From Octopus vulgaris (taxonomy: Eukaryota): a stretch of DNA of 64,000 nt. Position 1 is the stretch's first letter, and each line of letters starts with the position of its first letter. The position numbers were made by a program, and so were the translations under genes. The DNA lies in contig OX597819.1 of NCBI GenBank assembly GCA_951406725.2, forward strand, positions 111,848,001 to 111,912,000. Direction: 5' to 3'. Below the pieces are notes generated by a model. It made no database searches. It saw only the letters and a program-made list of their open reading frames with translations, and had not been told where the DNA came from. This document shows, one piece after another, positions 39,821 through 52,426 of the stretch.

Positions 39821-41581
39821 CTAGCAGAGGTACCCGGCGTCGCCCATATCACATGGAATTGAGGAATTAGACTTTTCTTTTATATTTTCTCTAATGAACT
39901 GGAATACCTATGATTCGAATTTCATCAAAATTGGAGATTAAGAACTTTAATGGGGGTTCTTTCCCTCTTTATACATCCTAACAACAATTCTAATCATGAA
40001 ATATTTATCCCATACTACTCATCTTTATGCCCAGATTCCAAAATCTAAATCTTATAAAACCCATTCAAAGGTATATGCTCCTTAAAAATGGAGAACATGG
40101 AGCACATGGATCTCTAAAATGTGCGAGTTAAGGCCCCTATTAGAGGGGTATTAAAGTCAACCAGAAAAGTTGAATTGTTGGGAATCTTTTTTAACTTGTG
40201 TCATATCTAATGTTCAAATTTCTTTGAAATCGGAAATATATGAATGTTCACTGGGTTTGTAAAAGAGGGCAAAGCTAGAGGTAACCAAAAGATGAATGAT
40301 CACAATAAACAGTCAGCTACCCTACCCTAATCGTTACCAGTCCCCAATGTAGGATTCCTCACCACACAGGTGACCGGCACAGCCGTAAGATGCATTATGG
40401 ATCTATAGCAATTAGGAGGGCATGAACCAACTCAAATAAACATTAACAACTGTGTGCCGTGAGGTCTAAGGGGAAATGAAAGTGCCACCTCTGGAGTTCG
40501 CCTATGATCACTATAGGTAACTGAACAGAATAAATTTGCAATCTATAAATCTCTTTGAATGACCAATCACTTATCTGGAAAGGCCTTGAAATTAATGCTA
40601 GCATCTGGATACTATCTTTGACCCAGTGATAATAAAAAGACTCAAAGGAGGTTTGCAACCAAGTAACTTTACTCAAAATAACACTTTGCAACTGAATCAG
40701 TGGAGGCAAAGATGTCTCTCCTTTGCTTGACAATTTATGCACCACATTGCAGAAATCACAATCTAAGTATATCTCAAAGCAAGCTCTTACATTGTTGTAC
40801 CATTGAATTACAAATAACGCTCATCTTGTATCCTCGGATGACTCTGCAGCTTCTAAGACTACAATTGTATTCATCTTGGCTTAGGAAAAATGAGTAAATT
40901 GTGGGGGTTAAGTCCTCATTAAGGAGTCTTACTAACCTCCTACGAAGTTGAAATTTTAGGAATATTGTTTCATTTGACCTTGTTTTGGACATAAAAATGA
41001 CTAAAATTTGGGAGTTAAATCTCCCATTAGGGGGTCTTAGATTCTTCGTGAGAAGCGAAACTTTGGGAATACTTTTTGATTTGTGTCAATTACCTATGGC
41101 TGAAATTTCCTTAACATCGGAAATTTATGAATTTTCATGGGGGGTTCGGCCTCCTTTAAGCCCCCTCAAATTCAAACCAAAACATACTGCATTATACCCG
41201 CCCTTATGCATTGAATCTAAGTTCCAAATATCATAAGGGTCCATTCAGTAATTTTGTCCATGAAAAATGACTAAAATTCGGGGGTTAAGACTCCATTAGC
41301 GGGTCTTAGAATCATCCAAAGAAACGGAAATTTTGGGCGTATTTTTTTAATTTATTTCCAATACCTATAATTCAAATTTCATCAAAATCCGAAGCATATG
41401 AATTTACACAGGAGAATTCTGCCCTCCCCTCCTTATGGCCCCTCAAAAGTGTATGAAACATACGACATTAACCTTCTCCATAGGCTTGGATTTGGTGTTC
41501 CAAATTTCATTAGGACCGCTCCAGTAGTTTACGAGTCTACAAGTAACACACGAACACACATAAAAACATTGACTTATATAT

Positions 41582-41620
<39 letters not shown>
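39821..41620 (-). mobile_element. Non-autonomous Helitron with internal diverged repeats and a ~630-bp foreign segment (~40260-40893)
   Basis: 3' end gggcgacgccgggtacctctgCTAG-t; 5' TC(TA)n; recurring ttcaaatttcatcaaaatc.g motif at ~39915, 40213, 41101 and 41371. Confidence 0.75.
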
Positions 41621-41642
<22 letters not shown>

Positions 41643-41855
41643 TAGTAATAGTAAATCGAATTAATTTTAATATTATCGATTTTATTATCGATTTAAAGCT
41701 ATAGTCACGAAACGCGCGCAGCCAATTTAATGTCTATTTAATTTAGTGATTTTTAGAATAATATTTATTATAATATATTTAAATTTTTTCTATACGATTT
41801 AATATAGATAATAACTTTCACTATCAATTGAATTACTTAATAGAGGTTATTTCTC

Positions 41856-41910
<55 letters not shown>

Positions 41911-41917
41911 CACATAT

Positions 41918-41978
<61 letters not shown>

Positions 41979-42197
41979 TAACGGTTAAGCAACAGGTTTT
42001 TTTATATATAAAAAAAACTTTTTCTAAAAGTTCCTACTGATTATGGTGCTCTTTTCATACTGGTAATAATTGTTAATTTTAAAATTAATAATTATTTACC
42101 CTTATATTAGTAATGAAATATATATATACACACACACGCATATATATATAATATATACATATACACATATATATATGTGTGTGTGTGTGTATATATA

Positions 42198-43350
42198 TAG
42201 GGTTAAAATTTGACACCTATTTCTCTTTTTTTTTCAGTAAAAGTTTGATGTAATGGTGAACAGTCAATGGCGTTGGAGAGCATAACGATGACAGTCACAG
42301 TTGAGAAAAAGTTAGCTGGCATGGAGGACTGGAAGCCATCTAAATATTGGAAATGAATTACCTGTATCATGATGATTCGCGCCGGTTATCAAGAAGCTGC
42401 TGGTCAATGCTCACTGTAAAAGCTGTAAAACGTGACATAGACAGCATGAAAAACAAGTTCGCCCAAACTGTGATGGTCTTTAGATGTGCCTCCAGTGAAG
42501 TTAATGTCACAACTCCCCACATCGTTGAATAGGGCCTTAGGCTCAATTCAGACGGCAATGGGATGCTGTTAGAGATGATGGTCAATATCTGGCCGGAGAA
42601 GGTTGCTAGTGGAAGGCCATATGTGTGACGGCCGAACTCGACTGCTTGCTATACTTCCAGAAATAATCAGAAGTGGTGGTCAGAGAATTTCTATGACTTA
42701 ACCAGCCCCAATTTCTGGCCTCCACTTGTAATCTCATTTATTACTATTTGTGTGCGCGGTTGAAAAAGGCACCACCCACTCTGCCTGTAACACCAAGCCC
42801 GAGCGAAGGGCCGATATATAGATGAGGTATTCGAAGATCTTCTCAAGGACACGGTGAGGAATGCCTGCGCCAAGTTACGGAACCGTCTTGTAAACACACA
42901 TTGTTGTTTGTTCCTTCTCAAGGCATGCCTGGCTCATAGGGCCGGTTTCCCGGTTTCCTTGGCTTATAGGTTCCCCACCTGGACGGGACGCTGGTCCGTC
43001 GCAGGTGAGCTGCAAGATACAAGAGGAAAGAGTGAAAGTTGTGGCGAAAGAGTCAGCAGAAGTTCGCCACTACCTTCTGCTGGAGCCGCGTGGAGCTTAG
43101 GTGTTTCGCTCATAAACACACACATTGCCCGGTCTGAGATTCGGATCCGCGATCCCTCGACCGCTGCTCTAACCACTAGGCCATGTGACTCCACTGCAAA
43201 CGTGGTGGATGCTGAAAACTGCTACTGTGAGTAAACTGTATCTCCTATCTTACAATTTAGTTGTTACTTTTTTCAATACTTTTCTTTTGGGATGGGACCT
43301 TACGTTTTCTTTCTCTTTCATGCAAGCTGTCGAATAAAGACCGAATACAT
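42198..43350 (+). mobile_element. Second DD37D/maT-like transposon remnant
   Basis: MKNKFAQTVMVFRCASSE, EKVASGRPYV, QKWWSENFYDLTSPNFWPP; homologous to 38515-39212. Confidence 0.75.
42895..43194 (-). mobile_element. SINE family D (tRNA head, V-domain-like segment)
   Basis: A-box TGGCCTAGTGG, B-box-like GGATCCGAATC; cgacggaccagcgtcccgtccagg; matches 50230-50555. Confidence 0.85.
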
Positions 43351-43386
43351 TGTATGCATACACACACGCGCGCGTACACACATATA

Positions 43387-43805
43387 CTCTTTTACTCTTT
43401 TACTTGTTTCAGCCAGTTGACTGCGGCCATGCAGGAGTACCGCCTTTAGTCGAGCAAATCGACCCCAGGACTTATTCTTTGGAAGCCTAGTACTTATTCT
43501 ATCGGTCTCTTTTGCCGAAGCGCTAAGTTACGGCGACGTAAACACACCGTCATCGGTTATCAAGCGATGTTGGTGGGGACAAACACAGACACAAACATAT
43601 ACACACACACACACATACATATACATATATATACATATATACGACGTGCTTCTTTCAGTTTCCGTCAATCAAATCCACTTACAAGGCTTTGGTCGGCCCG
43701 AAGCTATAGTAGAAAACACTTGCCCAAGGTGCCACGCAGTGGGACTGAACCCGGAACCATGTGGTTGGTAAGCAAGATACTTACCACACAACCATTCCTG
43801 GGCCT
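43387..43805 (-). mobile_element. SINE family B, full length
   Basis: Collinear with 59506-59907. Confidence 0.9.
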
Positions 43806-43924
43806 ATATAGATATATACACTCACAAATACAGATATGTGTGCATATACATAAACATACATACACGTGTGTATATGTGAGTATATATGGATGTGCAGGTA
43901 TGCATATACGCCTGTCTGTGTGCG

Positions 43925-44274
43925 TGTATGTATCATATGTATAGAGATTCAACATCAAAAACAGGGTATTTTTGTATGTATGTATATATGCAAATTTGTA
44001 TTTCTTGTTTTATAGTATGTATTCTCAATCATGTACTTGCATATCTAAATATGCTCATATATACTTAAATGATAAACTTTTGGAAAGTTTTACAGGTTTT
44101 TACAGTTCCAGTGATTGATTGGATTTGTAGTCTTCGAATTATCTTTCTCATTTTTGATTTTAAGAAGCCTAATTTCTCAAAATTAGTATTTAGGCAGTGT
44201 GTTACATATCTCAGTGTCTCAATAATTACAGGTATAAACCTGAACTTGTAGTCTGGATAGAATAACTGCAATAG
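43925..44274 (-). mobile_element. RLE-type retrotransposon 3' end adjoining (CATA)n
   Basis: LQLFYPDYKFRFIPVIIETLRYVTHCLNTNFEKLGF...IRRLQIQSITGTVKTCKTFQKFII*; homologous to 26141-26467. Confidence 0.78.
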
Positions 44275-44720
44275 TATGTATGTATGTATGTATGTATGTA
44301 TGTATGTATGTATGTATGTATGTATGTATGTATGTATGTATTTATGTATGTATGTATCATGGTGTTTCCCTTTGATTTCAACATATAAACATACAGTTCT
44401 TCGATCAATTGAACAAACTCCTCATAGAATTAGCGAACGAAGTGGTTGAGCAACCCGAAGATACGTGTATCCTTAATGTGAATTGTAGTAGGATCAGGGT
44501 AACACAATATGATATGGTTGGCCCTTTGAATTACAGGTTCAATTTGGCCGACCGGCTTCTATACTATTTCCGTCCACCCAGTATTATTCACAAAACCTCG
44601 GCTCGCCTCGAATCTATTATAAAAGGTATTTACCCAAGATGACAAACAATGGAATCGAACCAGGGATCTTATATTTATCATAAAGTATACAATAAGGAAG
44701 AAAATGTCGAATTACAAAGT

Positions 44721-44992
44721 GAAGGCGTGGCTGTGTGGTTAAGAAGTTCGCTTTGCAACCATGTAGTTTCGGGATCAATTCCACTAGATTGTACTTTGAG
44801 CAAATGTTTTCCACTATAGCCTTGGTGGTGACCAATACCTTATGAGTGAATTTCGTTGAGAGAAACTGTGTGGAGGTCGTCACATGTAGGCATATTGTTT
44901 GTCTTCGTGTCTGCCCCCTACCACCAGCTCTTGACAACCAGTGCTGGTTTGTTTACGTCCCCATAACATAGCGGTTCGGTAAAGAAGGGCAA
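44721..44992 (+). mobile_element. SINE family B-related, older copy
   Basis: ggcgtggctgtgtggttaagaag...ttgagcaaatgttttccactatagcc...tttacgtccccataac. Confidence 0.7.
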
Positions 44993-45062
44993 AAAATGAC
45001 TGCGTACACACACACATATACTACATCACACAGTGTGTGTGTATGTGTTTTATACATATATA

Positions 45063-45535
45063 TAGCCTGTTCTTTCTTTCTTGGTCTGACCGCCGTCCGT
45101 ACAACATCGATATTTTTCCCTGAGTTTGTGAAACTTTTGTATCTCTGCCGTAAGGCTTCATTTTCCCACGCGCCAGCTTAATTCAATTCGTCCTTAGTCG
45201 AAAGACACCTGTTGTTATGTCCTGTTATTATTTTTATTGTATTTATTATTGTATTTATATTTGTGTAACTTGGTACGTTTTTTCCGTCCTTGTTTTTGCA
45301 TACATTCTTCCAAGGAATCTAATGCTCTTAGCTTAGTTTTTCCTTGATGCTGGCCAGATTGGAGCAATCTCAAGAACAATCAGCCAAAATTGCGATGATA
45401 ATCTGGTTCTTGACTGAGGATAGAGGGCTTCGAATGAACCGTCCTTGTTTTCTTTGTATCTTCTATCTGGATGTTTTACTGTCCCTTTTTGCATCACATT
45501 CCTGTCCGGATATTTTGTGTTCTTGTCCCATTTTG

Positions 45536-45540
<5 letters not shown>
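45063..45540. mobile_element. Family P copy, (TA)n on both sides
   Basis: Collinear with 14600-15010. Confidence 0.75.
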
Positions 45541-45621
<81 letters not shown>

Positions 45622-45643
45622 GAGTAAATTTAATGACAAGTCA

Positions 45644-45900
45644 GTTAAGCAAGTCGATTTACAGAGGAATATTAGATACATTTAATACAAAACATGTACA
45701 TGTGTATGGATATGAAACAGTCCAACTTACACAGAATCTAAATGATATCAGGAGTTGAATGGGTTGAGTTTTAAGAGTCCATTTAAAAGTCCAAAGAGTC
45801 CATTTATATTATGTGTAAGTCGGACTATTTTATATCTATACACATGTACATTTTTTGTATTAAATGTATCTCATATTTTGTGTAAATCGACTTGCTTGAC
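45644..45900. repeat. Inverted-repeat element (~100-bp arms) next to (TA)n
   Basis: aagcaagtcgatttaca...gatacatttaatacaaaa.atgtacatgtgtat vs atacacatgtacatttttt.gtattaaatgtatct...tgtaaatcgacttgctt. Confidence 0.82.
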
Positions 45901-46150
45901 ATTACATTTGCTCTTCTACCTGCTCAAGTTCAAATCTCTTGAGCACTTCGAAGTGTATTCTATACAGAGAACACCTGTCTCTAACCTATATATATAGTTG
46001 AAAAAAGATTAGAGATCTAAATAAATCAAAATATTATATATATATATAAAAGATGGTGTAAAAGACGGAGGTGGAAACGGCACAGAATTTAGTCTCAGAC
46101 ATTTCAATTTAAGAGGGAATTTGATAAAATATTATATAAACAAAAATATT

Positions 46151-46374
46151 ACCTATTTCTTTACTACCCACAAGGGGGTAAACACAGAGAGGACAAACAA
46201 GGACAGACAAACGGATTAAGTCGATTATATCGACCCCAGTGCGTAACTGGAACTTATTTAATCGACCCCGAAAGGATGAAAGACAAAGTCAACCTCGGCG
46301 GAATTTGAACTCAGAACGTAACGGCAGAAGAAATACAGCTACGCATTTCGGCTGGCGTGCCAGCTCGCCGCCTT
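46151..46374 (-). mobile_element. SINE family A monomer ending in tail T
   Basis: TSD-like atataaacaaaa on both sides. Confidence 0.88.
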
Positions 46375-46509
46375 CATATAAACAAAACTTTTACCGGTTT
46401 CGATGTATTTCATCTTAACAAATATCACTAAAAATTTATAAAAATTTGTAAAATTTGAAGTAAAAACAGTTTATCTTCTGTGGTCAAGAACATGTCTGAG
46501 TATATATAT

Positions 46510-48450
46510 AGATTCAGGACGTATTTTTTCAATGCTCTTGTTTAAATTGTAAGTTTTCCTTTTGGGGATTACCGTTGTTTTTGTTTTGTTTTTTGTTATA
46601 CAACTTTTGCTGTTTTCTGTATCTTTTGGACTATTGCCTACTTTGGCGGGTTCATTTTTTGTGCGAGTTCCCTCGGTTTGGGGGCGAGCTGTTTTCTTTT
46701 GTGGAAAGTTTTACACGAGCAGTACAACATGGAATTTGACGCCTCCCAATATGTAGATCCAGACTTCTTCTTGGAGGAATTGTGCGATCAGGTGTTGTCC
46801 TCCATCCCATTTTGCCAAACGAAGGAAGACAAGAACATGCCAGAAAATGAGGAAACTGATCTCCGAGTTGAAGCGCGGAATGGTAATGGAAGGATGAACT
46901 ACGCGTGGTACCACGAGCGAAATAGTGCAGGTTGGTCCAGACGAACTAGAGAAATACAAGAGTTTAATACAAAAAGAGGAAACCAAATGTAAAACTAGCC
47001 CCACCTGGAGAAGTAATACACATCACAAAGAGGCAAACAATAGTGTACAAAACCGTGTCACTCAAAATGAAAAAAATTGAAACGGCTACTAAAAAGGCAA
47101 TCGAAAAATGCCTACAGACGATGTGACAAAATATTACATACATAGCCAGAGGAAAGCGCTTCGGAACCGTCGAAACACGGTTCACCTCCGAAAAAAAAAA
47201 GCCAAGAGGCATTCGATAACTCCCCTAAAGTCAATAGAACTAGTGCTGCTGCCAATATATTTAGGCAAGCAGATGTCAAAAATTAAAATAGGGGCGATCC
47301 CACCGGAGATCGACGTGGTGTAGCTGGTGGCAGCTGTACTGCTAAACTTGGAGGATAATATCACCATCCATCAAGTCACCAAGCTGCACCAGCAGAAATG
47401 GTGAGGCCAATGCTTGGAACAGGTAATCCAGGCCACCTAGCATGATCTGGAATAACTGCCAAATCAAATTTTACTGCCGGGCGAAACCACACTGAGAGTA
47501 TTCGTGGAGGGACAAAAGCCAAGGTGCTACAAGTGCGGCATGAAAGGGCATATTAAAACCACATGCCCACAATAAAAAGCACCCATAGTACCCGCTACAG
47601 TAACCCCCCCCCCACAAACCGACAAAGACACAGGAACCCAAAAAGAGACAACCAATACCACGACAAAACAATACACACCAATAATGGCGCGAGAAGAGAC
47701 AAAACAACAAAAGTGAGACACCCCAGAAAAAAAAGCTCCAACCGCATCTGAAGAAGTGGAGAGCGACTGGAGGGAGGTCAAAAAAAGACACAAGAGGATG
47801 AATACCTCCCCCACACACACTACATGCAAAAATACCAAAATGTCCGCATGGACCCCCCCACACACACACACACACACACACAAAACTTAAAAAGCCCAAA
47901 CCAATACCCCCAGGTACAGTAATAAACATAACACAACCAACAACAACAATTTTGTAGAACTAATGAATAAAAATGAACATACCCAAACATACCGGAGAAT
48001 ATTAAATTCATATACATAAACAATATCTCATACACAGACTTAAAAGAATAATACCCAAATGACATCGATCCATTACAGAGAACTTTTACTGAATATTTTT
48101 ACACATATTTTAAAAGAAACACCCCACAAGCCACATATAATCCATTCACAGAAGATATATCACCAGCAGCAACACCGAGGGAAAATAAACCACCCTAGCT
48201 AAACATACAGACAAATTCACGTATTACCCCAAAATTAGACCATCTACACCAGCCAACTCAAAAGACAATACAATATTCCTTTTCACCAGTTATTTAATCA
48301 TATGTTGTTTCAACCCAGTTTGTCTGTCCTGTACTGTGAATGAAGAGTGTATACCTTGCTACATGTGTTAGTAAGATGGTTGAATGTGAGTTTCATTAAT
48401 TATATGTTGTAAATGAAGAGTGTATGCCTTGTTACATATGTGAGATGACT
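46510..48450 (+). mobile_element. ORF1-only (gag-like, CCHC zinc knuckle) retroposon, pseudogenised
   Basis: Broken ORF from ATG 46729; LLPIYLGKQMSKIKIGAIPPEIDV; LRVFVEGQKPR-CYKCGMKGHIKTTC-P (exact CX2CX4HX4C, 47525-47566); SDWREVKKR; C/A-rich 3' region; no RT or endonuclease motifs seen. Confidence 0.75.
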
Positions 48451-48463
48451 TGAACGAAAGTAC

Positions 48464-48721
48464 CAGTGATTCTAAAAGAAGATCGCTGATGATGCATGAT
48501 TGTGGGAGTCCCCGTATCCATCACTCCATTTTTATAATTTCCACCTTTTCATTATCCATACGCTATTTTGACCCCCAAGTTTTGTCTTACATGTATTGTC
48601 CGTTCTGTGCCACATTAAGAAAAAAAAAGATATGGCATATAATTTTCTTTGTGCAGAGGTTCCTTGGGACATGTAACTTATTTTAAGGGTTACGCAAGGA
48701 TAAAAAGGTTGAGAAACACTG
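48464..48721. mobile_element. hAT-like MITE remnant
   Basis: Ends CAGTGATTCT...GGTTGAGAAACACTG; TSD not evident. Confidence 0.55.
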
Positions 48722-48887
48722 ATCCAGATGGATGAAAGAAAAACAAACAAGTCGAGCTGGGTGAGATTTGAACTCGTGAAATAGAAGGATCTTAATTTAA
48801 TACAAAGTATTTTGTCCGACGCTTTTGTAATCCATAAAAATAAATGTAAATGTCATTCGTGAAAAAAAAAAACACTATTTCAGATTA

Positions 48888-49075
48888 TTCCAGTTCATTC
48901 AGCTGACAAAAATGAGTTGTACCCGTAATGTGTGTCACGCTGAACCCCTCTGAGAACTTCGTTAAGGGTACGCATGTCTGTCGAGTGCTCAATCACTTGT
49001 TCATTAATTTCGCGAGCAGGCTGTTCTGTCGATCGAATCGACTGGAACCTTCATCATCGTAACTGATGGAGGGTC
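48888..49075 (+). mobile_element. Degraded SINE body, related to 44395-44550 (-)
   Basis: cagctgacaaaaatgagttgtacc...gttaagggtacgcatgtctgtcgagtgctcaatcacttg shared in reverse orientation. Confidence 0.5.
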
Positions 49076-49102
49076 AGGCTGCCCCCGCCACATATATATG
49101 TG

Positions 49103-49155
<53 letters not shown>

Positions 49156-50229
49156 CGTGTGTGTGTGTAACCGATGGAAAAATATATTACGTCATACAAA
49201 TTCCATAGGATGTATCTAACAAACCTGGTTATGTTCCACATGCTTTATAGGGCTGGTAAGCTTTATAGGGCATCCATTTGTCAAAGTTGACCCTGAATTT
49301 TTGACATGTATGTGTAAGCTTTGGCAAGATATTTCGAGGAAGACAAGTCGTTGTAAATCTCTCCTTTTCTCCACGGCATCGATGTTTATCCAGAAGAGAG
49401 AACACCAATTTGATCCTATATAGCTTGGTATCAGTGTCATCTCAGGTGTCGTTGACAGAAAGTAGAGAGCCGGAATAGCAACCGCAAAACATCTTTTCCT
49501 ACACTTCTAACGGTTCCACCAACCCATCGTTCTGCGTTGGGGCATTTTTTAGATCCCCACGATACTTGTATAAAATAAAAGTAGGCATCTCGTGGTTAGA
49601 TTTCTGTACGTTTGCAACTGTCTCTATATTCATTCGATACATTTGATGCAATTTCCACTTTCCTTCTTAAACACGTACCGGTAATAGTCAACATTTGTAG
49701 TTTCATAACCTGGATTTACTTGATAAAAAATGAATGTGAGGAAGATTTTTTTTCCTACTGAATGATAAAAGTAGGTTAAGAAAAGAAAAACAGACGTCCT
49801 AAAACTACTCTTCTTCCAAAGAAAAGTTGAATCATTGACCATCTGATAAGCAGTTTAAAACGGGATTTGAACTCTAGAACAAATAAGATGGAGCATTTTA
49901 TGCATTCAACTGTCAATCGATTCTACCAGTTTGTTGCCTAAAGCGGGTTGGCTTCGTTATGAGCAATAACACTGGTCAACTCATGTTTTCTGGCACAAGG
50001 TTTATCAGCGGTTTCTAGCTAATTTTGGAGTGCTGAGTCCAAATCCGGCATCAGATTTTGTCTGTCAAATGAGATTTTTTGAGAAGTAAAACTTCTTAAT
50101 TTTGCTAGAAAGAGCTATTTAATGCTCATTAAGAAAGAATTCAACTTATGTAGATGCAAATTTTGATAGACAATATGTCTTCTTTTCTTTTATCCAATAA
50201 ATCAAAATACAAGGCTGTGGGAGTAAAGG

Positions 50230-50555
50230 CACATTGTTGTTTGTTCCTTCTCGAGCCATGCCTGGCTCATAGGGCCGGTTTCACGGTTTCCTTTTGCATT
50301 CACAGGGCAGAAGTAGCAGTTCCCCACCTGGACGGGACGCCGGTCCGTCACAGATGAGCTGCAAGATGCAGGAGGAAAAAGTGAGAGAAAGTTGTTACGA
50401 AAGAGTCAGCAGAAGTTCACCATTTCCTTCTGCCGGAGCCGCGTGGAGCTTAGATGTTTCGCTCATAAACTTGCACATCGCCCGGTCTGAGATTCGAACC
50501 CGTGATCCCTTGACCGCGAGTCCGCTGCTCTAACCACTAGGCCATGTGCCTCCAC
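50230..50555 (-). mobile_element. SINE family D nested in Chapaev3
   Basis: gtggaggcacatggcctagtggttagagcagcggactcgcggtc...GGTTCGAATC; (AAC)n-like tail. Confidence 0.88.
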
Positions 50556-52159
50556 AAATGCACATTAGCATGTAAGAATTAAGCTTAGTGATAACAAAAT
50601 ATGACTATAAATTCTCTATTCATTATGGTCATTTATTCTGATCAACTTATTTCTGCAAGAACTTCCTCTTTTTTGATAACCTCTTGTGCACAGTTTCTGG
50701 AATATTTCTCATGAAGCTCCAGCAGTAATCTGCCATCATGTTTGAGTCCCATCGGCCTTGGTAGCGTTCTTCCATTAATTTTACGTCTTGATGAAAGCGT
50801 TCTCCTTGTTCTTCGCTAGAAACTCACCCAAGTGACTGTGTAAGTAGTGCAATTTAATGCTCCTTCTACATCCAAGTGCTTGCAAATTCAAGAACAGTTC
50901 CTCCATAATTTCTTGATAGTTGTCAAATTAGAGAAGGCATTCCAAGCTCTAGCCGCCGCTGCATTCATTGCAGTGACAAAATGTGTATCCATGAGAAGGG
51001 TTCTTATTTGAGGTCCATCAAATATTCCTGCCTTCTTGTTTCTGAGACTTGTAATGGTGGTACATATATACACATATCTGAAGCAGGCTCCACTGTGGTC
51101 AAGAGCTTTGATGAATTGCTTAGTCACACAAAGTTTTAGGAATAGTGAGAGGAAGACGATGTTTTTAGAGGGTCATTAATGGCGTTCTTGTCACCCGGCA
51201 TCAAACTATTTCTTGGAGCCATTCTTTTTTCACCCAGTGATCCTTTCTATCCCTACTGTCCCAGTAAAACAGGAAAATCAGTGTACTTAGAGTAATTTCC
51301 TTGCTGGACCAGTAAAAGGCTTACCATTTTCAAATCGACACAAATTTCCTTTCTATGAACATAATATTGCAACTTCTCCAGATAATCTTGATGTTAGCAT
51401 ACTCTTCTTTCATTTCTATAGTATTCTATTGGAATCGAGCAATACACATTTCCTTTGTGAAGTAAAACACATTTCAAACTGCTTTTAGAGTTGTCAATAA
51501 AAAGTCTCCACTCACGTGAATCATATGTCGGCAGTTCCAGATTGAGAAGAAATCCTTCAACATCATTACAATAAACAAGCTGACCATCTGAATGGAAGTA
51601 CTTCCAGAGTTCTATTTCTCTGTTACGACAAAAATAGACATATATGCCAGGTTTCAGCAGTGTTTTCTTTTTCTGGCAGCCTGGAAGCCAAGCATTCAGT
51701 AGACTGCTTTGGCAAATACAAATGCTGACCAGATCAGTGAAATTCAGGCTGACTACATGGAGAAAAAATATCACAATCTGTATCAGATGGTATAAACTGT
51801 TCATCTTCAACAATAGTAGGTGAACTGGGGGCTTCATCATCAATCTGTGACAGCTCAATAAATTCAGGTACAGGTATTTCCTCGAATTGCACAGCCAGTC
51901 GTTGGACACATGGAAGATCTGGGTATTGCAAGTGTTGTTTGGTTTTTGTATTGAACCCTATTGCACTCACAGGGCAGAAGTAGCAGTTATCCACCTGGTC
52001 TGTTGGTTCTCTCCACACCATTACTACACCAGACTTGAATATCGCATTCTTTCCTTGAGGCCATGATCGCAAATATTCGACACAGGTTTTGCAAACTTTG
52101 TGGGAAACCCAGATTTTGTCCTGATCTCCAAGTTCTGCTTTAAAGTAAGCAAGACATAC

Positions 52160-52426
52160 ATCATCATCATCATCATCATCATCGTTTAACGTCCATTCTC
52201 CATGCTAGCATGGGTTGGACGGTTCGACCGGGGATCTGGGAAGCCAGAAGGCTGCACCAGGCTCCAGTCTGATCTGGCAGTGTTTCTACAGCTGGATGCC
52301 CTTCCTAACGCCAACCACTCCGTGAGTGTAGTGGGTGCTTTTTACATGCCACAGGAACAGGTGCCAGGCGAGGCTGGCAACGGCCACGATCGGATTGGTG
52401 CTTTTTACGTGCCACCGGCACGGAGT
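52160..52426 (-). mobile_element. SINE family E nested in the Chapaev3 ORF
   Basis: Matches 29794-29995; (GAT)n tail. Confidence 0.88.

Noticed and set aside
45400-45445. Hammerhead in family P (CTGAGGA...CGAAT)
   Set aside because: GAAA box and NUH/stem arrangement are not canonical, and the motif is not preserved in the 14925 copy.
50480-50555. tRNA gene
   Set aside because: tRNA-like A/B boxes continue into a repeated SINE body (also at 42895-43194); no proper acceptor stem.
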